NCBI GenBank assembly: GCA_048128005.1
Contig: JBEUKZ010000115.1
Span: 372,001 to 436,000 of the forward strand
Origin: Veleropilina oligotropha
Lineage: Eukaryota
DNA: 64,000 bases
Direction: 5' to 3'
A model generated the notes under the pieces. It was given only the letters and a program-made list of their open reading frames with translations, was not told the DNA's origin and ran no database searches. Made by a program: the position numbers and the translations under genes. Shown in pieces: positions 28,087-37,986 of this stretch; position 1 is the stretch's first letter, and every line of letters starts with the position of its first letter.

Positions 28087-28423
28087 CATATTTGGTATAT
28101 ACCATCAGGCCTTGCCGAAGTTCAAAGATTGTGTCAAAGGTCAAGGTCGTTTTCATGTATTTCCAATCTGGACTTGAAAGATTGCTTTCTATCACATAGA
28201 AGATGAACCTCTGGATTTATGCTTTTCTGGCTGCTTCGGCAGCGCAGTGGGTAAGAGTGTCCACTCTAAATTCACTGGTTTGATTCCGCTATTGCGAACA
28301 GTAGTGGGTTCAATACCTGGCTGAGGCATTGACATTTGTTCAAGTTATGATGTATTTCCAATCTGGACTTGAAAGATTGCTTTCTGTCACATAGAAGATG
28401 AACCTCTGGATTTATGCTTTTCT

Positions 28424-28688
28424 GGCTGCTTCGGCAGCGCAGTGGGTATAGAGTGTCCACTCTAAATTCACTGGTTTGATTCCGCTATTGCGAACAGTAG
28501 TGGGTTCAATACCTGGCTGAGGCATTGACATTTGTTCAAGTTATGAATCACAGTTGTCCGCGACTGGATGAAGAGGGCGGGTTTACCCGGGCAACCGGGG
28601 TTTCCTCCCGCGATAACACGGACATGTCCTGCCTTGAACCTCGATGTTGTAAATATACAGGATAATAAGCATCATTCCTCCCTCCCTC
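28424..28688 (+). mobile_element. Same SINE family, full length; head plus flank duplicated just upstream (about 28156-28350)
   Basis: Close match to 61790-62054; tatgcttttc on both sides as a probable TSD. Confidence 0.85.
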
Positions 28689-29138
28689 TATGCTTTTCAT
28701 ATTTGGTATACACATTATATACCACCAGGCCTTGCCCAAGTTCAAAGATGGGGTCACTGGATCAAAGGTCAAGGTCATTTTCATGTCTTTCCGTTCTTGA
28801 CTTGGAAGATTGCTTTCTGTCACATAGAAGACAAACCACTAGACCTACACCTTTCATATTTGGTATACACATTTTGTACCATCAGACCTTGCCTAAGTTC
28901 AAAGATGGGGTCACGGGGTCAAATATCAAGGTCATTTTCGTGTATTTCTGTTCTTGACTTGGAATATTGCTTTCTATCACATAGAAGACAAACCGCTAGA
29001 CCTACACGTTCATATAATATTTGGTATACACCTTGTGTACCATCAGGCCTTGCTGAAGTTCAAATTTGGGGTCGATGGGTCAAAGGTCAAGGTCATTTTC
29101 GTGTATCTATATCAAATATACTTACGTCCTTACTAATG

Positions 29139-29320
29139 CCATAATAAGCCTATTATCGCTAAATCCGGACAAGGTGGAAATGGTAATTTGCACTTTTTTA
29201 GTAAATTGAACCCAGCTGACCCCCTGACCTGCTCGACCTCCTCCAGTTCATGTCCAGTAAGAGCTCGCCAACTCCCGCGAGATCTTCTTGACCAAAGGGT
29301 CAAGACCTCATCCGAAGTTT
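29139..29320 (+). repeat. DIRS left inverted terminal repeat (part paired with the surviving right ITR)
   Basis: Reverse complement of 36235-36416; no mismatch seen by eye. Confidence 0.92.
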
Positions 29321-30119
29321 TCCGCTCGATTGTACAAGTCGCGTTTTGCTTTGCTCCACAATCTTTGTGATTTTTCGATCTTTTTCGAGCTCGATTTTAA
29401 AAATCTATCAGCTCATAAGATCTAGTATAGTGTTGTGAACACGTTTAGTGGAAAGTCGAGAGTCTCCTCCTGAATAAGACGCCTTCTTAGAAGTTTTCCT
29501 GTCTTCAAAAGGACAAAAAACGAAATCGACACCCTCCATTGACGACGCCATCTTGGACTTCTGAAAAGAAAGAAAAGAGGACGCTCAGAGGGATATTTAA
29601 AGAAGGAAGCTCCCTAGCAATAACTACGGAGTCAGGATAAGAGAGTTGATTATTGATATTGCTTGAATTTGCATTGCATTTCATTTATATATACGATAAT
29701 TCCTCAACGACTTTTTTCTTGCTATAAATTTATGTAATCAAATTTATCGTCGTTGAAAAGCAGATTATTTAGAATTTAACTAGCGTTATTTTGGTAAATC
29801 TGCTAAATCGGGGATAGCACGCCGAATTCTAACAAATTGATATATATACATCCAAGAGGTTTTTAGGTGTAAAAGGGCGGTTTCTTAAAAAGAAAGACCT
29901 CCCGTTTCTCAATTCGTTGACCGACTGGTTTTTAAAAAGTAAAAATATAAAGTCGGTGTTTTTGGGCGTATAATCCGCCGTAAGTTCTAAGCGTATTTCA
30001 GCCTTTTCCAACTCTCGGATCAGGTACAATCGAGGTTGTAGTAGTAATTTGGTAAACTACCCGGGAAATATCCTTATCACTTCAAAAACCCTATCTCCTA
30101 CCTACCCGTGTGTGTAGCT

Positions 30120-32336
30120 ATGAAGCATTGCAGTGTTTCCGAGTGCAGACAGAAAATCCGTGGTTTTGACAAGCACTCCGAATGCACTTTTCACCGTGTA
30201 TGTTCTAGCGATAAGGACCATCCATGTGGGCATTGCGTAACACTGACGGATCGGCAGTGGGAGACTCTTTTCCCTTCGGAGAAGACAACCAGGGTATCTT
30301 CTTCCGAGGGGGCATCCACCGAGAAGCTCCAGAGGCTAGAGACAGGTTTTAACCCTTCACTTTCTCTTTCAGACCCTCTTGATGGTAGCCGTGGTGGGCC
30401 CGACGACACCTCCGAGACTTTGGGGAAAGTCCCGGAATCGTCGGGATCTCAGATTCAGGTAAGGGACCGAGTTCCGACCGATACCTCTCCTTTGGGCCTA
30501 GTAACCGCTGCTCAAAGTATCTTGCCGGCCAGTAAGATACGTCGAGCGCTGCAGCGAACAGCTGTACAGGGCAGACAAAACCTTACCTCTCCTCCGGCCT
30601 CGGAGGAGCAAGGCAGCGTTAGTCCTTCTGTGAGTCAAGTAACCTCTGAAAAGAGGCGAAGGAGACTAGCAGAAAAAGTCGATACAGTTGCTGGGCACCA
30701 CGAAAGTGGTCGAAGTTCCAGACGCTCGACGCAACCCGTCCTCTCGTCCGACAACGGCGCTAGCTTAAAGGCTAATCTCGCCACTGTCGGAGCCCACGAG
30801 AGTGATGGAAGGCCAACCTCCTCTGACGATTCTTATCAAGACGTCCCGGGTGGTGTGGTAGGACCGGCTGCGTTCGGGGCTGAGGCCTACGGCGGGTATA
30901 CCCCCGTGTCTCACCCGAGCAGGGTTTCAGACCCGTATGGACTGTGGTCGCAGTCTTACGGGTCGTTCGCACCGTTTAACGCGCCTCCGGGCCGTTTTCC
31001 TGGCTGCGGTTACCCGACAGGTAACCCGAGTCCCTGGTACTCGGCTCCACCTGTCCGTGCAGCCCGTCCCCCATGCGCTACGGTAACCTCGAGCGGACCA
31101 ATGGCTGTTGGTCCGACGTCCGTCATGCCTCCGGGTTTCTCTCTTGAGAGCGTCCAGGCAATGATTGCGATGGAAGTCGAGGCACGTTGTAGGTCCTGGC
31201 AACCGGCTACCCAGCCGCCCCAGGTCCCAACGTCTCTGACCGTAACGCCGGGCTCGGCTCATGCTTCGGTGATGGAAGTCTATCCTCGTTCCGACGAGAA
31301 CAGTGCTTCCACTCACTCTGACCTCCCTGAATCGGTCGGACCAGACGACTCCTGTAGTCAGTCGGGCACGCATGAGACCATCTCCGCCACCCGCAGAAGA
31401 TACGACGCTGTCGCGTCGCTTCGCGGGGTGCTAGACTTGCCAGACCCGGCTCTGCCGGTAGGCTTCGTCAAGCACAGGACAGCGGCACGTCGATTTGATG
31501 GGCCGGAAGCCCCCCTGCTTCCTACCCTACCCCAGTCTGGGTTGGTCTCGCTCGTCCTCGACTCGGCGACCAAATCCATTCAGGGAACCAAATCGGTGGA
31601 GACTTCCTCATTAACAGAGTACCCTAGTGGTCTCCGTAAAGGGAAGTACCTCCGACCCAGTAAGCGTCCGATTTCGATCCGATGCTCTGGGGCGTGTCTG
31701 GAGACTGAGCCGGTTCAGATCGATGCAGCGATGCGTCGACTGTCGGCCAGCACAGCTCCCTCAGTGGTCAAAGTCCCATGGGTCGCCATGGAGGGCTTTG
31801 AGAGCTCCGCTCGTCGGGCTCTACGGCATGCCTCTATCCAGGATTTTTTCCTAGACGGAGCCATTACCGTACTACAGGAGAACGGACCCCGCGCTCGTGA
31901 GATCGCACTGTCCTTTCTCGAAGAGGTTGCCGCCTCCACGGAGAACTCCGCGTCGGAGTCAGCCCGATCCTTAGGCAATGCTGTCCTACTTCGTAGAGAC
32001 GCTTGCCTAGACGGCACCACGCTAGACGACGCCACCCGGCAGTCTCTACGTTGTGTACCGTTGTCGGCCTCTACTCTCTTCGGAGACAAATTCGGGGAAT
32101 TTGTCGAGAAGCGAGCGGCTGACCTCAAGGATCGCGCAATCGATAAGGCAGTCTTGGCTACTCCTCGGAGCACGCCGACTGCTACCTCTAGGAAGCGCTC
32201 GAGACCGTCCCGGTCTCATACGCCTTCCAAGCGTGTTAAACCTTCGCCGGGTCGGCCTTCTCAGGTCAACAAACCTGTCGCGAAGAAAACACCGACGAAA
32301 TCCCGTCAGAGCGGGAGAGGGAAGCCGCGGCCCTAG
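30120..32336 (+). CDS. DIRS ORF1, Gag-like protein
   Basis: Intact ORF of about 738 codons from ATG 30120; N-terminal Cys/His cluster (CSVSEC..HSECTFHRVC..HPCGHC), Ser/Pro-rich middle, LLRRDACL and LFG motifs typical of DIRS ORF1, basic tail. Confidence 0.85.
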   Translation: MKHCSVSECRQKIRGFDKHSECTFHRVCSSDKDHPCGHCVTLTDRQWETLFPSEKTTRVSSSEGASTEKLQRLETGFNPSLSLSDPLDGSRGGPDDTSETLGKVPESSGSQIQVRDRVPTDTSPLGLVTAAQSILPASKIRRALQRTAVQGRQNLTSPPASEEQGSVSPSVSQVTSEKRRRRLAEKVDTVAGHHESGRSSRRSTQPVLSSDNGASLKANLATVGAHESDGRPTSSDDSYQDVPGGVVGPAAFGAEAYGGYTPVSHPSRVSDPYGLWSQSYGSFAPFNAPPGRFPGCGYPTGNPSPWYSAPPVRAARPPCATVTSSGPMAVGPTSVMPPGFSLESVQAMIAMEVEARCRSWQPATQPPQVPTSLTVTPGSAHASVMEVYPRSDENSASTHSDLPESVGPDDSCSQSGTHETISATRRRYDAVASLRGVLDLPDPALPVGFVKHRTAARRFDGPEAPLLPTLPQSGLVSLVLDSATKSIQGTKSVETSSLTEYPSGLRKGKYLRPSKRPISIRCSGACLETEPVQIDAAMRRLSASTAPSVVKVPWVAMEGFESSARRALRHASIQDFFLDGAITVLQENGPRAREIALSFLEEVAASTENSASESARSLGNAVLLRRDACLDGTTLDDATRQSLRCVPLSASTLFGDKFGEFVEKRAADLKDRAIDKAVLATPRSTPTATSRKRSRPSRSHTPSKRVKPSPGRPSQVNKPVAKKTPTKSRQSGRGKPRP

Positions 32337-34250
32337 GGTTGCCGGCGCTCGCGACGAGCTCAGTTGCACGCTTCCGCCGGTGGGAGCGTGTCTGTTAGAG
32401 TACAGCCTGTCCTGGCTGGAAATGACAGAGGACAACTGGGTTCACTCAGTCGTGAGTGCCGGATACAAGTTGGCATTCGACCGGCATCCAACCCTAGACG
32501 CGACACCACCACCAGGACGCGCTCGTCTCCTGATAGGAGAAAAACAAGCCGTCCTAGACCAGGCAGTGCGGGATTTACTCTCAAAGAGAGCGATCTATCC
32601 CGCGCCGCCCAGCACACCAGGATATTACAGCCACTTTTTCCTGGTCCCGAAACCCGACGGCCGTTGGCGACCGATCCTCGATCTGTCGTTCCTCAACCAG
32701 TATCTTCGTACCGAGAAGTTCAAGCAAGAAACACTCTCGAAGATACGAACGGCCATCCGTCCGGGCGACTGGGCAGCGTCTATCGACTTAACCGATGCGT
32801 ACCTACACGTTCCGATGCATATCTCGGCTCATCGGTACCTACGGTTTGTTCACGGGGGAACGATCTACCAATTCAGGTGTCTACCGTTCGGTCTATCGTC
32901 AGCCCCGTACGTCTTCACGCGAGTAGTACAGGCTCTCGGGGCCTTCCTACACTCGCAAGGGCACAGAGTACACATGTACCTCGACGACTGGTTGATTCTC
33001 GGGGCGTCCCGGGATCAGTGCCTCCAGTCTATGAGCGTTACCCTGTCATCGGCGAAGCGCCTGGGATTACAGATCAACAACGACAAATCCTGCTTCGTGC
33101 CCTCGACGACGTTTATATTTCTAGGGGTCGAATTCGACACGGTCCGGTACACCGCGAAACCGACTCAGAAACGTATAGAGAACCTACGCGCAGTTATACT
33201 AGAAACGAAGTCTTCACGGATAACTACAGCGCGACGACTGGCCACTGTCCTAGGGCACATCGAGTCGGTAGCTCCCCTGTTACCGACGGGTCGCATGGAC
33301 AAACGACCGTTGCAGCAGGCCTTCAAGGACCGCTGGATACAACGTACGGGACAGTGGACGGATCGCATCGATCTACGGCATTGGTTCAATCGCACGACAG
33401 CAGTGTGGTTGAACACTTCCCTGCCGAGCCAGTCGGTTCCAATATCCCCCCCAGAACCGAACGCCTACCTCTTCACGGAGTTCACTTCGACAGTCACGAG
33501 ACATCGGGCCTCTGGCCTACGGACCTTCAGGGACGACACATCAACTTCCTAGAGTTAGAAGCCGTCTACCTGTCAGTACAGTCCCTCTCGTTACATCTCC
33601 GAAACAAGCACATAATGCTAGCAACGGACAACACGACTGTCGTCGCTTACATCCAGCACCAGGGCGGCACTCGCTCCCGTCCGCTATGCGACCGAGCGAT
33701 CGACCTACACCGCCTAGTGATGTCACTCAACTCGTCAATTCGAGCCCGACATCCCGGGGAAGCTGAATGTCAGAGCGGATACGCTCTCTCGGAAAACACA
33801 GATTATACACACAGAGTGGACGCTACACGCCCGTGTAGCCCGAGATGTCTGTCGCCTGTGGTCGACGCCTCAAGTCGATTTATTCGCAACCGAATACAAT
33901 CACCGACTCCCTCTCTATGTGTCTCCTTACCCGGACCCGGCCGCTATTGCGGTCGACGCTCTATCAATGAGATGGGAGAATCTGATCGCCTACGCCTTCC
34001 CACCGTCGTGCATGTTGGCACAAGTACTACGGAAAGCGACCCGCGAAGACTGCGAGTTGACGCTAATAGCACCTCTACAACGATCGCAGTCCTGGTTTCC
34101 GACACTTCTGGATCTACTCATCGATCAGCCGCGGGCGCTACCGCAGATGGCAGACCTGTTATCTCAACCGCGCAGTCGGGTTCTACACCCGTCGGCGAAC
34201 GAGTTTCACTTTCACGCCTGGCGACTATCGAGAGATCGCTCATTAAGAAG
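32337..34250 (+). pseudogene. DIRS pol: reverse transcriptase, RNase H and Dam-like methyltransferase domain, with two frameshifts (boundaries approximate)
   Basis: RT motifs FLVPKPDGRWRPILDL, IDLTDAYLHVP, LPFGLSSAP, YLDDW; RNase H HINFLELEAV and TDNTTVVAYI..QGGTRS lie in a second frame; DLFA and YAFPP (MT domain) lie after a further shift near 33750. Confidence 0.9.
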
Positions 34251-35299
34251 GGCTTTTCTAGAGCGACAGCCCAGCGCATTTACCGATCTAGAAGACAATC
34301 TACGACAAGGGTATATGACTACCGATGGAAAAAGTTTGTGGATTGGTGTCGCGGGCGGCAAGTCAATATATTCCGCCCCCTGTGACCAAATTTATCGAGT
34401 TCTTATCGTCGTTGCTAGAACGGGGAATGTCAATTTCCGCAGTCAAAGGCTACCGTTCATGTGTAGCTACAACGTTACGGCAATGCCGCGAGCACACCCG
34501 CTTGTCTACCGACAAGACAATATCGGACTTCATACGCTCCTATCAACTCGAACGGCCCATTCAGCGGGTGCGACCGCCCGCTTGGAATGTTTTGTTAGTT
34601 CTCAATGCTTTACTTAGAGGCCCGTACGAGCCTATGAGTGAGTGTTCCCTCAAAAATCTCACTTATAAGACCGTATTTCTTACCGCACTCGCAACTGGTA
34701 ACCGGGCCTCGGAGATACACGCTTTATCCGGAGAGCTGCGAGACATACACTTCCACACCGATGGGTCGGTGACGCTGCGTACTGTCCTTGGCTTCCTAGC
34801 GAAGACACAACGACCTGATGATATCAGTCCCGAGGTTTGTATACGTAACCTCTCCATGCTGGATAGAAATGATATCGACCGCCTCAACTGCCCGGTCCGC
34901 GCGTTGAGATTCTACCTGGATAAGACCCGAGACCTACGGCACGGTAAAAAGCGTTTATTCGTTAGCCATATGCCTCAATTCCACCGCGACATTCGCAAAT
35001 CGACTGTTTCACGTTGGATTGTCTCTGTTGTTAAGGAGATTTACTCTCGGTCACATGAGCCAGAACGAGATCTCGTTTCAATTCACGCGCACGAGACACG
35101 TGCAGTAGCCACTTCGTTAGCCTTCAAATATAATTTGAATATCAATGAAATCTTAAAGGCTTGTTACTGGAAGAACGCAAATACCTTTGTTCGCTTTTAC
35201 CTGCATGATTATGCAACCACGGCTGAGGGTGAACATAGGATTTCCTTTGTGGCGGCAGGACAACAATGTATCACGGGGTCTGGGTCATCCCGACAGTGA
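34230..35299 (+). pseudogene. DIRS tyrosine recombinase with one frameshift near 34378 (start approximate)
   Basis: STTRVYDYRWKKFVDWC in one frame, then LATGNRASE, CPVRAL, HETR, W and FVRFY (catalytic R, HxxR, W, Y) in the 34325-35299 frame. Confidence 0.9.
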
Positions 35300-36080
35300 T
35301 TGGTTTTAGGAATTTTACCAGACACTGAGGTAATATAATGTAATTCTATTTGTGTACATTGAAATCACCTTTAGAATTTACTCCAATGTTTTTCTTTCTT
35401 AAACTGGTTAAGAAATTGAAATTATTATTCATACTGAGTTCATATGAAGCAATGCCCACATTGGATGTAGACATTTATATTATTAAATCTTAAAAATGTT
35501 TTTTGTAAATAATATTATTTTAAAATGTTCTACTGCTGTCTCAGAACATTTCAATGTGCGTACATTGACAAATTTTATTATTATTCTCTACTAAAAATTA
35601 TTTAAGTAACATGTATCATGTTGACATTTTGCAAGTTGGACATGCAAAAGTTTATTATTCAAGATGAAGTTATTGAAATTTTCTTCAATCTATTGATAAT
35701 TGTCATGGTTTTATAACACTATCTACCTGCCTAGGTTCGGGTGCTTCTAAAAACCACGTCTTGCAGTTTTCTGTCTGCCGACCTTTGAGTCCGGAATATT
35801 CAGATCACTGTTTTGCTCATGACACGAGTGCCTCAAGGTATACCTTCCGCCGGTGTCCGGAGCTACATGCACTTTCGTGTTACCTGTCCGACTAACATCC
35901 CTGGCGTGTTTTCCCAGATTTCTTGGTCGAAATCTCACCTCGGGGTAAGGGTAGATTTGATGCTCAGTAAAATCCACTCTGAACGGACTCGATCTCAACG
36001 CTAAAGCGTCGTCTTCTGGTAACAAGTAAGTTTTAATTTTGGTGTATGGAACTTATAACTCCGCCAACCAAAGTTATTCT

Positions 36081-36170
36081 TGGCATTAGTAAGGACGTAA
36101 GTATATTTGATATAGATATGAGGATTAAGAGTAATCCCTTGTATCTATAATAATATACTTACGTCCTTAC
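36081..36170. repeat. DIRS internal complementary region (ICR)
   Basis: 36081-36118 is the exact reverse complement of the left terminus 29104-29141; 36142-36170 is a variant direct copy of that terminus, so the region folds into a hairpin. Confidence 0.88.
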
Positions 36171-36234
36171 CCACTTGGCCCACCCTGCTTCGCACCTCCC
36201 CTCTTATATAAGTTCTTTGTCTTGGGGTTTGCAG

Positions 36235-36416
36235 AAACTTCGGATGAGGTCTTGACCCTTTGGTCAAGAAGATCTCGCGGGAGTTGGCGAGCTCTTACTG
36301 GACATGAACTGGAGGAGGTCGAGCAGGTCAGGGGGTCAGCTGGGTTCAATTTACTAAAAAAGTGCAAATTACCATTTCCACCTTGTCCGGATTTAGCGAT
36401 AATAGGCTTATTATGG
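36235..36416 (-). repeat. DIRS right inverted terminal repeat, truncated at its outer end
   Basis: Reverse complement of 29139-29320. Confidence 0.92.
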
Positions 36417-36710
36417 ATTTAGCGATAATAGGCTTATTCTGTCACACAGAAGATGAACCGCTAGACCTTCACCTTTCATATTTGTTATGTACCTTGTGTA
36501 ATATCAGGCCTTGCCCAAGTTCAAAGATGGGGTCACTGGGTCAAAGGTCAAGGTCATATGAACTATTGTAAAATATATACTTTCTGACAGTTACTATGAA
36601 ATTTATTATCGAGTTATTGATTATTTAATCTCTATGGATGTATTATATACAAAAGGCGGGTCAGTATGAGGAGCATACCTCTAGTTTAAATAAATTTGTT
36701 ACTGTTTCAG

Positions 36711-36854
36711 ATCCGCGCATTCCTCAAAAAATGCAAGGTGGCCAACTACTGCAAGCAGATGAAACAGCTCCTGGAGAAGGTGGAGGAGAATGCGAGGTTC
36801 ATCACGCAGCGACGGAGAAGCGCCACGATCAAGCTCTCTGACCGGGCAGCCCTG
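36711..36854 (+). CDS. NOC2L: NOC2L internal coding exon
   Basis: tttcAG|...|GTacgt, 144 nt, phase 0/0; IRAFLKKCKVANYCKQMKQLLEKVEENARFITQRRRSATIKLSDRAAL (CKVANYC motif). Confidence 0.95.
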
Positions 36855-37986
36855 GTACGTCTGGAAAACACTACAGTTGTTGTGACTACAATGACTGAAT
36901 CGACTGAAAATATTTAGCAGACCACAGTCATCTTTGTAGAATAGATTGTTCATGGTCCTAAATGATGATATTATAAATCATTTTATTTACTTTTAGGACT
37001 TTATTGGAAGTAATAAAATTCCGACATTTCGACCATTATCGAATGGCCTTGGTGATTTGGTCACATGATGGTTATTCTTGCTCTGAATAAATCAATCACT
37101 GTCGGATGGTCATTTCACGAGTAACAAATGTGCAAGGCAAAAGGAGAAATAAACCAAGCGTCAAAGCAATCCGTTGTCATTCTGTTTGAAAGTTTTATAA
37201 TTGATTGTAACTTATGATTGCTTCATAAATGTGGTTTAATTAGAATTGTTGCATAAAAAACCAGGCAATCCGAGATTGCAAACCTTTAACCCGGTGGCAA
37301 GGAATGGTCGAAGCTAGAAATCTTTGCGAATAATTGTCGAAGAACATTTTTAGCCTAATTTGAAGTTTGTATGCCGAAGCGTTCTAGCGCTAGCGCCAAA
37401 AATCTGCAAAACGGAAATTGTGACATAAACTCCGGATCTTCTTTCCGACTCCGATCATCTGTATTGTACCGAGCATGGACTGAACCCTATCTTGTTTAAA
37501 AAAAGTTAAGTAAATTGGTTCAATCATCAATGGTCGTTGAGCGGAAACTGGCAATTGCGTCATAAAATCCGAATCCGCTTTCCGACTCCAATCATATTTA
37601 AGGAGTAGGGTGGACCCATCTTGTGTCAAAAAAGTGGATAAATCAGTTCAACGGTCGTTAAAATATAGCTGAAAATCCGGAAATTGCGTCCTAACATTCG
37701 GATCCGTTATCCGATTCGGATCATCTTTGAGGAGGACGGAGCGTATGGTGAACTCTATCTCGTGTATACAAATTAAGTAAATCGGATCAATTCTTGTTGA
37801 GATATGCTCTCGGACAGACAGCCACACCGACCCGATTGCAATACCTTCTCCCACCACTATGTGGGCAAAGGTAACTATATCTAATCCCGCTGTTGATTGT
37901 ATATAATATGGATGGCAACGGTGATTGGTCGGTTTCAATCGCTGCTTATTATCCCTTTTTAATACAGGATATACGTATGTCCATAT

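Larger units (their letters stand above)
29104..36438 (+). mobile_element. DIRS1-type tyrosine-recombinase retrotransposon in a NOC2L intron; near full length, defective
   Basis: Gag-like, RT-RNaseH-MT and YR frames; 182-bp inverted repeats (29139-29320 and 36235-36416); internal complementary region at 36081-36170 matching the left terminus; no target-site duplication. Confidence 0.95.
26655..36687 (+). mobile_element. HINE-like host element (about 150-bp units) interrupted by another HINE, a SINE and the DIRS element
   Basis: 5' tttatggcccgcc..ggcgtccgtcggcgtc; units tttggtat..accatcaggccttgcctaagttcaaagatggggtcac; 3' ggcgggtcagtatgaggagcatacctctagttt. Confidence 0.7.

Noticed and set aside
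33780..34250. Methyltransferase-like domain as a novel cargo or defence gene
   Set aside because: A Dam-like MT domain after RNase H is an established part of DIRS1-type elements.
32364..34385. 673-aa ORF as a separate gene
   Set aside because: It is the overlapping DIRS frame, containing frameshifted RNase H and the recombinase N-terminus.
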